A stretch of 49,262 nt of DNA. Source: a virus (taxonomy: Duplodnaviria; Caudoviricetes). The stretch is from positions 1-49,262 of IMG/VR virus record IMGVR_UViG_3300035140_000023; one strand, written 5' to 3'. Positions 24,498-34,322 of this stretch are shown one piece after another. The notes beneath the pieces are model-generated. The model did no database searches, was not told the origin of the DNA, and saw only the letters and a program-made list of their open reading frames with translations. Position 1 is the first letter of the stretch, and each line of letters begins with the position of its first letter. Both the position numbers and the translations under genes were made by a program.

Positions 24498-26229
24498 CAT
24501 CACCCTCTCCATCATCACCGGCACGATTAACCGGCTTCCAGGCTTGCAGCGCATGATTGCATCGGTACGTGAAACTGTACCCGAAACCCTGCGTTATGAA
24601 TTTGTCATTGCCGATAATGGCAGCACCGATGGCACGCCGGAATGGATTGAACAGCAATCCGATTGTCGTCTGATTCAGTTGGGCGAAGCCGTTGGCGGTG
24701 TGAAAGCCCTTACCGAAGCCGGACACGCGGCACGGGGTAAGTACAGTCTCATCAGCACCGACGATACCGCCTTTCCACCCTATAGCATTGTCAGAGCGAT
24801 CAGTTATCTCGAAACCCATCCCGATTGTGGCGCGGTGCAATTTGAAGATCACATTCTGGATGATTACGATCTCCAGGTGATGTACGACCAAGACGGCGCG
24901 GGGTTTCTGGCGCTCTATCCGCAGGTGGGCATGGTCAGGACATGGCTTGGTAACAAGTGTGATTGGTGGGGTGGGCGCACGCTCATGCAGGATTGTTGGA
25001 CATACGCAGGCGATAACCATTTGGGTTATCAAATCTGGATGCGTGGCTACACGGTGGATAAAGTTGAGGGTGTAGACAATATCGCCTATTATGTTGATGA
25101 CGATGTGAGCCGCCACCAGCGCAGCGTCAACCCACTAGATCGCAAGACACGCGAAACCCATTACGGACACCCTAAACGGCCATTCCAGCGCATTTTCTAT
25201 CCGGGCGAACCGCAAATTGACAACCCGGATAAAGAAGAATTACGCATTCTGTTTTTGAACGATTACATTCGGCGTGTTCCCCATTGGCGGACGGCAAAAC
25301 CGGCGTTTAAGAATGCAGTAGCCGATTGTGGCATTGCCTGGGAGCATTTGATTAAAGACGATCCCGATGTAGCGGAGAAAGTGACCCGCGCGGCCTGGGC
25401 CTTGCAACCGCATTTGATTTTGAGCAATATCCACAACCCGGAATTATTCAGTCCAGCGGATGTCCGGCGGATTCGCAGCGCGGCCCCGCTTGCCATCTGG
25501 CTCAACTGGATTGGCGATGTGTGGCCGAAATACCATCTTGAATCGCCCTGGATTGAAGTTTGGCGGGAACTGGATGGCTTATTGGTCGTCAATGCCGACA
25601 TGGTGGAAGCCTGCGGTAAGATAGGCATCCCGGCGTATTACTGGCAAGCGGGGCCGGAAGAATTTGAAGACCTGCCCGAGATGCCCAGTTACGACGTGGT
25701 GTTTCAGGGGAACGGACATCGCAGACCGCAAAAGTGCGGACAGCGTATTAAACTGTACCATGCTTTGCGCAAGATGGAAGATGAGGGCGTGAGCGTGGGG
25801 ATTTACAGCGAGGCCGGTTTCCCGCGCAGCGAGGGCAATACCTTCTGGCATTTTGACCAGACGCAAAGCCTGAACACTAACGCCAAGCTGGTTATTTCCG
25901 ATAACGAATTTTGCGCGGCGGGGTATGCCAGCAAACGGATATTCGACATCCTGATAACCGGCGGCGGCATGTGCTTGCATCAGCAGACCCAGGACTGGGA
26001 TAAACTGACCGGTCTGAAGGATGGCACGCATTATGTGGCGTGGAAAGATTACGACGATTTGCAGGCCAAAATTCGCTACTGGTTGAAACCGGAAAACCAA
26101 AAGCGGCGGCGGCAAATTGCGCGGAATGCGCGGCGGGCGGTACTGAAGCACCACACCTACCCCGCACGGATGAAAGAACTCTTGACTGAGGTTATCCCGA
26201 TGGCAGCGAAAGAGGCGGCCCGTGTTTAA
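24487..26229 (+). CDS. Bifunctional glycosyltransferase (GT2 plus CgeB-like GT-B)
   Basis: 'VIADNGSTDGT', 'STDD'; C-terminal 'DVVFQG...SKRIFDIL..GG...DGTHY...KIRYWL...HHTYPAR'. Confidence 0.85.
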   Translation: MQTDITLSIITGTINRLPGLQRMIASVRETVPETLRYEFVIADNGSTDGTPEWIEQQSDCRLIQLGEAVGGVKALTEAGHAARGKYSLISTDDTAFPPYSIVRAISYLETHPDCGAVQFEDHILDDYDLQVMYDQDGAGFLALYPQVGMVRTWLGNKCDWWGGRTLMQDCWTYAGDNHLGYQIWMRGYTVDKVEGVDNIAYYVDDDVSRHQRSVNPLDRKTRETHYGHPKRPFQRIFYPGEPQIDNPDKEELRILFLNDYIRRVPHWRTAKPAFKNAVADCGIAWEHLIKDDPDVAEKVTRAAWALQPHLILSNIHNPELFSPADVRRIRSAAPLAIWLNWIGDVWPKYHLESPWIEVWRELDGLLVVNADMVEACGKIGIPAYYWQAGPEEFEDLPEMPSYDVVFQGNGHRRPQKCGQRIKLYHALRKMEDEGVSVGIYSEAGFPRSEGNTFWHFDQTQSLNTNAKLVISDNEFCAAGYASKRIFDILITGGGMCLHQQTQDWDKLTGLKDGTHYVAWKDYDDLQAKIRYWLKPENQKRRRQIARNARRAVLKHHTYPARMKELLTEVIPMAAKEAARV

Positions 26230-26842
26230 GGATACCACCCTTATTTTCGCTCCCCACATGGATGACGAGGTTCTAGGCTGTGGCGGTTTACTGAGCAATG
26301 GCAGCGGTCAACAGCACGTGCATTTTTTGACCAGCTTGCATCCCGTTGCGCAAGAAGCCAGTCGTATTGAATGCGAGTTGGTATCCGAAACCAATGGGCA
26401 TACGATTAGCTATGACCATTTCCCGACTAACCATCTGCATACGCTGCCGATAACGAAGCTCATCAGCACGATGGAAGCTGTGATTAACCGAGTATGTCCT
26501 GAAACGGTACTCCTGCCCTTCCCTGATTACAATCAAGATCATCGCACGGTCTACGAAGCCGGGTTAACGGCGTGCCGTCCGCATGACCAAAACCATTATG
26601 TGGATAACGTGCTGTTGTATGAGATGCCCTGTACCCATCAGGGCGGGTATGCAAAGCCGTTTCGTGCGGATGTGTTTCTGCCGATAAATGTTGAGGCAAA
26701 AGTGGCATTATACGAGTTGTACACGTCCCAGGTGCGCAGCCATCGCAGTTGTGACGCGGTACGGCACATAGCCGGATTTCGTGGGATGCAATCGCGCAAG
26801 CAATTTGCAGAGGCGTTTCAAGTGGTGAGGGTGACGCTGTGA
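26222..26842 (+). CDS. PIG-L family de-N-acetylase
   Basis: 'FAPHMDDEVLGCGG', 'NQDH', 'Y.SQ', 'AEAF'. Confidence 0.9.
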   Translation: MFKDTTLIFAPHMDDEVLGCGGLLSNGSGQQHVHFLTSLHPVAQEASRIECELVSETNGHTISYDHFPTNHLHTLPITKLISTMEAVINRVCPETVLLPFPDYNQDHRTVYEAGLTACRPHDQNHYVDNVLLYEMPCTHQGGYAKPFRADVFLPINVEAKVALYELYTSQVRSHRSCDAVRHIAGFRGMQSRKQFAEAFQVVRVTL

Positions 26843-27696
26843 ATGTGACATTGTTTGACATTGCAGATTATTTAGGAAATAGAGCTATTCAAAAATACAA
26901 ACCATTAGGCAAACTTTATCCGATAACGCGCCCCATGCCCTTAGATACTGCTACGCGCGGCGCGATTACGTTTTGTCGTGCCGATTTACCCAATGCACGA
27001 CAACGGGTACAGAATACCGCCTCGGAAGTGATTATTGTACCCAATACGAAATGGATTAATGATATTGATAATAAAGGATTGCTGGTAGTCAATGATCCTT
27101 ACGCTTGTTTCATTGACGTGTGCCGTCATTTCTTTCCATCCGATACGCGCCGCGAAATTCACCCAACGGCGGTCATTGCTCCCGGTGTTGTCATCGGGCA
27201 GAATGTGAGCATCGGCGCACACGCCGTCATCCAGCACGCCACGATAGGGGACAACGTAACCATCTATCCCGGCGCGGTGATTGGCGCGGACGGCTTTGGT
27301 TTTGCGCATGACAACCGCACGGAAGACGGGGCGCTCATTCGTTTCCCACATTATGGGCGGGTCATTATAGAGGATGACGTGGAGGTTGGCGCAAACGCCT
27401 GCATTGACCGGGGGACGTTAGGCGATACCATCATCCGCAAGGGTGTGAAGATCGACAACCTTGTACACGTAGCCCACAACGCCGACATTGGCGAACATAC
27501 CGCGCTGGTAGCGCACAGTATGATTGCGGGCAGCGTGACCATTGGCGCGAAAAGCTGGATTGCGCCGCACGTGGCAATCCGTCAGGGTCAGACATTGGGT
27601 AGTCACGTTCTGGCCGGGTTGGGCGCGGTGATTGTAAGTGATGTTGAGGACGATCAGACGGTGATAGGCTTACCGGCAAAGGCGATAACAAAATGA
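26839..27696 (+). CDS. LpxD-like hexapeptide N-acyltransferase
   Basis: LpxD N-domain, 'IGADGFGF', 'IDRGTLGDT', 'KIDNLVHVAHN'. Confidence 0.88.
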   Translation: MNVTLFDIADYLGNRAIQKYKPLGKLYPITRPMPLDTATRGAITFCRADLPNARQRVQNTASEVIIVPNTKWINDIDNKGLLVVNDPYACFIDVCRHFFPSDTRREIHPTAVIAPGVVIGQNVSIGAHAVIQHATIGDNVTIYPGAVIGADGFGFAHDNRTEDGALIRFPHYGRVIIEDDVEVGANACIDRGTLGDTIIRKGVKIDNLVHVAHNADIGEHTALVAHSMIAGSVTIGAKSWIAPHVAIRQGQTLGSHVLAGLGAVIVSDVEDDQTVIGLPAKAITK

Positions 27697-28754
27697 CGAA
27701 CATCCTGATAACCGGCGGTTTCGGCTTCATCGGTGGGCATCTGCTCAACCACTTGCTAAATGCGCCCGTGCGCGAAAATGCCAACCGTCCCACCGTGCAT
27801 GTGGTGGACAATCTCAGCACCGCGCCGGTACCGGTGGAAACGCTGCTCAGTGACTTGAACTATCCGCAAGGACTCACCTATGACATTGCCGATATATATG
27901 AATGGTTGCGCAATGGCACAGGTGACGACTGGGATGTGATTATCCATCTCGCCTCACCTGTTGGGCCTGCGGGTATTCTGAACCATGCCGGGATTATGGC
28001 GCACGAGATTATCCGGGATACCGTTGGGCTTATTCAATTAGCCAAACGCTGCAATGCCATCCTGATTGATGTCAGCACAAGCGAGGTATACGGCGGTGGC
28101 GATCAAGGCTTGTGTCATGAAACGATGATACGCTATGTTCCTGCTGAAACTACGGTACGTCTGGAATACGCAATGGGCAAACTCGCAGCGGAAACCAGCA
28201 TCATTAATGAGTGCGCTGTGAATGGCTTACGCGCAGCGATTATTCGCCCGTTTAATGTGGCGGGGGCACGGCAATCGGGGCAAGGTGGTTTTGTTCTACC
28301 GCGTTTTGTAGCGCAGGCCATGACAGGACAATCGTTGACCGTCTTTGGGGATGGTTCTCAGTTACGCGCTTTTACCCACGTGGCCGATATTGCCGATGGT
28401 ATTGTGCGAGTCATGAACAAATTACGTAAAAATGGGAAACGCGGCGAGGTGTACAATCTGGGCAACCCGGACAACCGCATTAGCATTCTGGAACTGGCCG
28501 AGCGGGTGCTTGACGTGGTGGGCAGCAATAGCGACATCGTATTTGTTGACGGGCGTACCGTATACGGTAAACATTATGCAGAGGCGGCGGACAAGTTCCC
28601 TGATGCCACCAAAGCCATGACGGTGTTAAAATGGAAGCCTGAATATTCTGTGCAGGATACCATTCAAAGTGTGTACAATTACATGATGTTCAGTGAACCG
28701 ACTATTTTTGAACAGTTAGCGGGGTTTAAGGTCAAGCATCCCATATGGACATAA
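27693..28754 (+). CDS. NAD-dependent NDP-sugar epimerase/decarboxylase (extended SDR)
   Basis: TGGFGFIG, HLASP, STSEVYG, YAMGK, RPFNVAG. Confidence 0.92.
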   Translation: MTNILITGGFGFIGGHLLNHLLNAPVRENANRPTVHVVDNLSTAPVPVETLLSDLNYPQGLTYDIADIYEWLRNGTGDDWDVIIHLASPVGPAGILNHAGIMAHEIIRDTVGLIQLAKRCNAILIDVSTSEVYGGGDQGLCHETMIRYVPAETTVRLEYAMGKLAAETSIINECAVNGLRAAIIRPFNVAGARQSGQGGFVLPRFVAQAMTGQSLTVFGDGSQLRAFTHVADIADGIVRVMNKLRKNGKRGEVYNLGNPDNRISILELAERVLDVVGSNSDIVFVDGRTVYGKHYAEAADKFPDATKAMTVLKWKPEYSVQDTIQSVYNYMMFSEPTIFEQLAGFKVKHPIWT

Positions 28755-29017
28755 GCGACATTGTACTGCTATCGGCGGCGGTCTGGTATATCAGTTATTG
28801 CCTGACTGCCCTCGACGGCCCATTTGACAGTCTCGTCAAATTAAGATCGCTCAAAATGGGTGGTCTTTTTGATTGTATCTATTGCACGTCTATTTGGGTG
28901 GGCTTTGGTGCCATCCTCTTTTGGTTGTATGGCTATGCGGCGCTGCTCTATCCCTTTGGATTGGCCGGGGTGGGGCTGTACCTGCGCAGCTATACCGGGG
29001 CGGGGTTGCATGATTAA
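28745..29017 (+). CDS. DUF1360-like membrane protein
   Basis: TM helices with 'GPFD..LR...LFDCIYCTSIWVG'. Confidence 0.7.
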   Translation: MDISDIVLLSAAVWYISYCLTALDGPFDSLVKLRSLKMGGLFDCIYCTSIWVGFGAILFWLYGYAALLYPFGLAGVGLYLRSYTGAGLHD

Positions 29018-29516
29018 ACAAGAGATTACCGTCACCAGTGATACCAACGATATACGGGTTTCGCGTAAGGTATCCCAGGAGTTGCGTCAATGGCAAGCAC
29101 AATTAATGCAACGTTTGCGTCAGCAACCGGGAAAACCCAAGTATCCAATTCGCTGGACTTCTGAGCGACAGCGCCGCTTTGTGATGGCTAAATTACGTCG
29201 TGAGAATAACTTACCCTATCGGCGTACCGGCGCGTTGGTCAATGCCTGGGATGTGAGCGTTAATGTTCAACAAGTGAGTCGGGTTGAAGCATGGCGTGCG
29301 GAGGTTTTAATCTTCCTGGCAAAACTTGGTGTCGGTTCCCTGCCAACTACCCCACCGGCCAGTGTGATTATTGAAGTCAGTAACCCGTCAGATGTTGAAC
29401 AGTATGTAACGGGCGTAAATCAGCAGGGTTTCCACCAGGATACCGGTTGGTATTATTCGCCTACAATAATCGATAATGCCTTTGTTGAGGTGGAAGGGAT
29501 TTTAACCAACTTATGA
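29010..29516 (+). CDS. Putative neck/tail-completion protein (HK97 gp10-like)
   Basis: 'YRRTGALVNAW', 'N...YV', 'H..TGW'; position in operon. Confidence 0.55.
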   Translation: MIKQEITVTSDTNDIRVSRKVSQELRQWQAQLMQRLRQQPGKPKYPIRWTSERQRRFVMAKLRRENNLPYRRTGALVNAWDVSVNVQQVSRVEAWRAEVLIFLAKLGVGSLPTTPPASVIIEVSNPSDVEQYVTGVNQQGFHQDTGWYYSPTIIDNAFVEVEGILTNL

Positions 29517-30361
29517 CCAACTACACCACCTTAGCCCGCGCGAAAACGGAATTAAAAGCCGAAAGCACGGTAGACGATACCAAAGTGCGGTACGCAATCC
29601 AGGAAGTCAGTAAACGTATTGACGCGGTGATGGGAACGCCGCGCCGTCCGTTCTTTGCACCCTATCTGGAACAGCGCGATTTTTATATTGACCCGACGCG
29701 AGTGGATACAGGGGATAATACCTTTCTGTTGAACAATCATATCTTGGCGTTTACCGCTGTCACCCGTCAGAGTACCAACTTGACGAGTAGTGTCGAGTTG
29801 TACACACGTGGGGAAGAAGTGGCGCAAATGCTGCGCTTAACCAATAGCAGCCTATCCTGGTATCCGCAGGACAATACCGCGCAAAAGAAAATCTATGTGA
29901 CGGGAACCTGGGGCTATGTACCGGATTACGCCAGCGCCTTTGATAGTGTTGATACCATTCAAGACGCAGGCGGCATTAACGCCAGTGTGACAAGTATTAC
30001 GGTTGCCGATGCCGATGGCGCAGACCTGGACGGATTTACACCGCGCTTTTCACCGGGCAACCTCTTACAGATTGAAAGTGAATGGTTAGACGTAACCGCC
30101 GTCAATACGACGACCAACGTTCTGACCGTCCGGCGTGGCGTGAATGGCAGCACCGCCGCCGTTCATGCTAATGGAACAGCAGTGCAAACCTTCCATGTTG
30201 ATGAGCGTGTCCAGCGCATAGCCTCACGTCAGGCAGCGCTGTTGTATGTCCGGCGCGGCGCATTTCAGGTGGAAACGCTGGACGGGGTAGGCGTGATTAC
30301 CTACCCGCAAGACCTGTTAACCGAACTCAAAAACAGTTTAACGGAGTTCATGTATCAATGA
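29513..30361 (+). CDS. Head-tail adaptor with inserted beta domain
   Basis: 'YTTLARAK.EL...I..VS..ID', 'VTGTWGY', C-terminal helix. Confidence 0.7.
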   Translation: MTNYTTLARAKTELKAESTVDDTKVRYAIQEVSKRIDAVMGTPRRPFFAPYLEQRDFYIDPTRVDTGDNTFLLNNHILAFTAVTRQSTNLTSSVELYTRGEEVAQMLRLTNSSLSWYPQDNTAQKKIYVTGTWGYVPDYASAFDSVDTIQDAGGINASVTSITVADADGADLDGFTPRFSPGNLLQIESEWLDVTAVNTTTNVLTVRRGVNGSTAAVHANGTAVQTFHVDERVQRIASRQAALLYVRRGAFQVETLDGVGVITYPQDLLTELKNSLTEFMYQ

Positions 30362-30561
30362 TGATTCCCATTCAAATTAAACCCAATTCACCCTTGCATC
30401 GTCTACGCAAACGGTACGGGCGTAACCGGCGTGAACATATTGAAGCATTGGAACAAACGATTATCGAAACTGAGCGCCAACGGGATGCCGTGCTGTATGA
30501 ATTGCAACGGCAGCGGCAGATAATTCAGCGGTTACGGTTTCATCTGGAGCATTTGCAATGA
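30358..30561 (+). CDS. Hypothetical coiled-coil protein
   Basis: ATGA overlaps on both sides. Confidence 0.55.
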   Translation: MMIPIQIKPNSPLHRLRKRYGRNRREHIEALEQTIIETERQRDAVLYELQRQRQIIQRLRFHLEHLQ

Positions 30562-31055
30562 GCTATTTAGATGACGCGCTAGACCGTGTGGTGGCGATGC
30601 AAAAAGAGGCGATGGCAAGTATCACGAGCGGCAAGTTTGACGCTAAACCCTATTGGCCCTGGTTTCAGAATGATTTCCCTTATATGACCAATCGGCACGG
30701 GGCGATGACAGTGGATTACACCAAATACGCGCCCGACATTGAAGACAACCCCGAAACCATCGCCATGCGGTTGGTCGTGGGGCATGTTGAGGAAGGCTAC
30801 AAAGGGGAAGTGAACGCACGCGCGATTGATTATTACATTGCCCTGCGCGATTACTTTCGCACACACAGCAACCTCATTACCGATGGGACAACCTACGGGG
30901 ATTACACCAGTTACCCCGATTATTTAGACCCCGACACTGGAGCCTACATTGTTAATCATACGGGGTTGGTTGTGTTCGCCAATACCGGACTGCCTTCGCA
31001 GCAGATCGGGTATGAATTGATTTTAGCAATACCGTTTATGCAGTCCGTGTATTAG
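30558..31055 (+). CDS. Putative tail terminator
   Basis: 165 aa directly before the tail tube gene. Confidence 0.5.
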   Translation: MSYLDDALDRVVAMQKEAMASITSGKFDAKPYWPWFQNDFPYMTNRHGAMTVDYTKYAPDIEDNPETIAMRLVVGHVEEGYKGEVNARAIDYYIALRDYFRTHSNLITDGTTYGDYTSYPDYLDPDTGAYIVNHTGLVVFANTGLPSQQIGYELILAIPFMQSVY

Positions 31056-31070
31056 GACAGGAGACAAACA

Positions 31071-31919
31071 ATGGCAGAGAAAACAATTGCAGCGGGTTTC
31101 CGCTACTTGTGGTATGGAGTGGTGGATAGTTCAGGATACTTTATCGGCAGTACCACCACTGCGCCATCAGCGGGCGATCAAGATGGGAGCGGGGTGTTAC
31201 GGCTGGATGGGGCGCGTACCTTACCTGTGAATATTCCTGAACCGGATAATGTGGTTGTGTCGGGTGATGACGAACCGATGGTCAGCTTCGAATTTGACAG
31301 CGAAGACCTGCCCAACGGCTTGTTTGAAGTAGCCCAACGCAACAACACCTTTGACGCGCTTATTCAAGGCACCAAAGTCGAGAGCATTGGCGACATTGAA
31401 ATGTCGGTGCTTGACCCGAAAGACCGGGAAAGTCAAGCCATGTGCATGTTGCTTTCACGCCGCGCAAAAAGTTGGCTGGCCGGTTCCAAAGGGGTTAAAA
31501 AGTGGGAAAACGTTTTTATCCCACGTTGCACGATTAAACCTCTGTTTACAACAGTGGAGCAACGTACCTTTACCCCGTATCAATACGCTATCAATCTGAG
31601 TCGTTCGGATCGCAGCGGGTGGTCAACGGTAAGCATCAACTTGCATGGGACAACCGCCGCCTCCATCATGCCCATCGACAGCGATAATCCGCTGTTTATG
31701 CAGCGCTTCACGGGGGATGCTGCGGAAACCGGCTTCAATCTGGATTACGCGCCGGTCAGTGGCGCTAAGTCCTACGTTTATGTGAATGATGTCAAACAGA
31801 CCGTTACCACCGATTACACGGTATCCGGTTCGGTGTTGACATTTGAAGCGGGTAGCACACCCGCCAGCGCCGCAGTAATTGTTGTATTGGCTGAGATTGA
31901 TGAAAGTAACCTAAGCTAA
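31071..31919 (+). CDS. Major tail tube protein with C-terminal Ig-like domain
   Basis: AGGAG RBS; position; C-terminal 'FTGD..T.F.L...VYVNDVKQ...DYTVSGS.LTF..P'. Confidence 0.7.
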   Translation: MAEKTIAAGFRYLWYGVVDSSGYFIGSTTTAPSAGDQDGSGVLRLDGARTLPVNIPEPDNVVVSGDDEPMVSFEFDSEDLPNGLFEVAQRNNTFDALIQGTKVESIGDIEMSVLDPKDRESQAMCMLLSRRAKSWLAGSKGVKKWENVFIPRCTIKPLFTTVEQRTFTPYQYAINLSRSDRSGWSTVSINLHGTTAASIMPIDSDNPLFMQRFTGDAAETGFNLDYAPVSGAKSYVYVNDVKQTVTTDYTVSGSVLTFEAGSTPASAAVIVVLAEIDESNLS

Positions 31920-32278
31920 TGAAGATCAAGCATTATACGCCGTTAGCGCGTATGCAACATACCGGCATCTATCGCAAGGGGTTGGACTGGTACAAAGAGT
32001 TAGCCGACGACTATCACGTTGACGAAAACCTGCTCTTTTCGGCATTGGTTGATTTTACCGCAATCCCGTTTCGTCTGAATGGGCATACGCCAAAAGGATT
32101 GGACTTTGCCTTTGCTACTATGGAAGACGATAGCGAAACGCTGCGCGATAAGTTTGTTGCCTATCTCAATACCGAATCGGTTGACGCATTGGCCGCGATT
32201 GAACAAGCCATCAAAGCCTTTGACGCGCCTGTGAATAGCGATACTGCGCCGGATACGCCTAGCGACCCGGAAGCCTGA
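31919..32278 (+). CDS. Tail assembly chaperone (gpG-like)
   Basis: Between tail tube and tape measure genes. Confidence 0.65.
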   Translation: MKIKHYTPLARMQHTGIYRKGLDWYKELADDYHVDENLLFSALVDFTAIPFRLNGHTPKGLDFAFATMEDDSETLRDKFVAYLNTESVDALAAIEQAIKAFDAPVNSDTAPDTPSDPEA

Positions 32279-32580
32279 AGCGGCGGCGGGATTGGCAGCA
32301 ATCCGTTCTTGCTGCCTTAGCCGACAAAACCCCACCGCCGCAGGATGATTTCGGGTTTCACCATGCCTTACCCGATGTGCAGTTGGCGGTATTCGGCGTG
32401 GAGCATTGGCAGGTGTTACCGTTTGCGGGCGGGCTGTTTGACCAACCGGAAACGCTGCTTTGGGATATGATACGCTACATCAACATTCGCAACGGCGTGG
32501 AGGATAGCGATGCGATCTTTGCGCCGCCGGATGCTTACGAAGACCAACCCGAAAGTGATGTAAGGAAAATCACACTGTAA
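32263..32580 (+). CDS. gpT-like extension, probably by -1 frameshift
   Basis: The -1 frame is open from 32263; contains 'LPFAGGLFDQP'; no good RBS/start of its own. Confidence 0.55.
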   Translation, partial: RPGSLKRRRDWQQSVLAALADKTPPPQDDFGFHHALPDVQLAVFGVEHWQVLPFAGGLFDQPETLLWDMIRYINIRNGVEDSDAIFAPPDAYEDQPESDVRKITL

Positions 32581-32582
32581 CC

Positions 32583-34322
32583 ATGCCCGAATCAAAAATC
32601 CTGATTAAGTACCAGACCGATAGCGCGGCATTGAATCAAACGCTTAAGGGCGCGCAAGAAGTTGAGAACGCCCAACAGCAGATGATTAAGAACGCGCAAC
32701 AACTGAATAAGACGCAGGCACAACAAGGCGGCTTTGATGTTGTCTCACGAGATGTAGCCATTTATGGCGACGTGGAAAGTCAAATCCGCACGCTAACCGG
32801 CGCGTTGGGGTACATGGGAGGGGAAGCGGGCGCGGCGGCTGAAGGATTAATCAATGTCGGTGCAGAGATGTTTGCTATTCGGGAAGCCGCGCCTAAATTG
32901 GTAGCCGGTTTGGGTGACATCTTAGGTGGCCTGAGTGGAGCAGGGGGTTTAACCGGTGCATTGGCTGGGGCTACCACCGGAGCCGCCGCCGCCGCTATTG
33001 CATTCGGTGCGGTTGCCCTGGCGGTGGGCGCGTTGATTGTCGTGGTCAACGAGTTGGGCAAAGCCAGCGAAGCCCAGGCCAAACAGATCGGTGCGTTGAT
33101 TGACAAGACGCGCGAAGTCAATGACGAGATTGCCGCCGGTTCGATTACCCAGGACGAAGCCCGCCAGCGGATTGAAACGCTGAATGCTCAGCGCGAAAAA
33201 GAACGGGAACTTCTGGACACACTGGAAAGCACCGAAAAAGAATTAACCGATCAATATGGTGCGTTAACCGGTGTGGTTGGGGTAGTTAATAAACAAATTC
33301 CTGAACTGAATGAACAGTTGGGTAAATCCAAAGACCGGATTGCCGACTTTGATGCTGAAATTGCTGTACTTGAAAAAGCATTAGCCTCTGGTCAAATACC
33401 CGCCGAGGAAGCCGCAGAAGTCGAGGAGGCATTAGCTACAGCGCGGGAAATAACCGCCGGGGCAACGGATAGCGCCGCGCAAGCGGAACAGGAAGCGGCG
33501 CGACAGTATGAAGAGGCGCAGCGGGAACGGGAACGGCAAGCCGAAGAAACGCAGCGGGCCATCGAGCAAGCGGCGGAAAAAGCAGCAACCGCGCAAACCA
33601 ATTATGCCAATGCCATTGAAGACGCGGCAACCCAGGCACGGCAGGCGGCGCAAGATGCCCGTACCAAGTTGCAGGATAGCCTTACCGATTTGGCAACGGG
33701 GGTACAGCGCCAATTAAAAGACAATACTCTTAAAGCACAGCAGGAATTAGCCGACCTGCAAGTGAATCGGTTACGCGACGAAGCGCAAGCGGTAAAGACA
33801 CACAACCGGGTGATTCGGGATATTATCAAAGATGCCAACCGCTCACAAGAGGACTTGCTGGCCGAGCGCGATTTCCTTGCCGCCGACCAGTTGATTAAAT
33901 CCACCAAGCGAGAATTGGAAGACCAGGAACAGACGGCAAAAGACGCGCAAAAAGACCGGGAAATTGCCAACAAACAAGCGTTACAGGATTTAACCAAACA
34001 GAATGAACGTTTGCGCCAGGAACGGTTACGGGATGCCCAACGGCAACGGCAGGATTTACAGTTGGCAGCGGTTCGGGAGTTGCGCGATATTCAGACCGCC
34101 AAACAGCGGCAACTGCAACTGGCAGCCACCGCGCTGAATCGGGAATTGGAATTGGCGCGTCAGGGCATACAAAATAAACTGCAACTGGAAGCCCAGTATT
34201 GGCAGCAGTCCGCCGCCCTTATCCCCACTGGCACAGGTGGCGGGGCGGTTGGTGGTAATCAATTAACGAGTTCCATTTTCACCCAAATGATGGATTTGAA
34301 TGCACAGTTAGGGTTAACCTAA
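32583..34322 (+). CDS. Tape measure protein
   Basis: 579 aa, Ala/Gln-rich coiled coil with a Gly/Ala TM segment. Confidence 0.85.
   Translation: MPESKILIKYQTDSAALNQTLKGAQEVENAQQQMIKNAQQLNKTQAQQGGFDVVSRDVAIYGDVESQIRTLTGALGYMGGEAGAAAEGLINVGAEMFAIREAAPKLVAGLGDILGGLSGAGGLTGALAGATTGAAAAAIAFGAVALAVGALIVVVNELGKASEAQAKQIGALIDKTREVNDEIAAGSITQDEARQRIETLNAQREKERELLDTLESTEKELTDQYGALTGVVGVVNKQIPELNEQLGKSKDRIADFDAEIAVLEKALASGQIPAEEAAEVEEALATAREITAGATDSAAQAEQEAARQYEEAQRERERQAEETQRAIEQAAEKAATAQTNYANAIEDAATQARQAAQDARTKLQDSLTDLATGVQRQLKDNTLKAQQELADLQVNRLRDEAQAVKTHNRVIRDIIKDANRSQEDLLAERDFLAADQLIKSTKRELEDQEQTAKDAQKDREIANKQALQDLTKQNERLRQERLRDAQRQRQDLQLAAVRELRDIQTAKQRQLQLAATALNRELELARQGIQNKLQLEAQYWQQSAALIPTGTGGGAVGGNQLTSSIFTQMMDLNAQLGLT

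Noticed and set aside
26839-27696. Assigning lpxD and lipid A synthesis
   Set aside because: No other lpx genes are present; the context suggests sugar N-acylation, so no gene symbol is given
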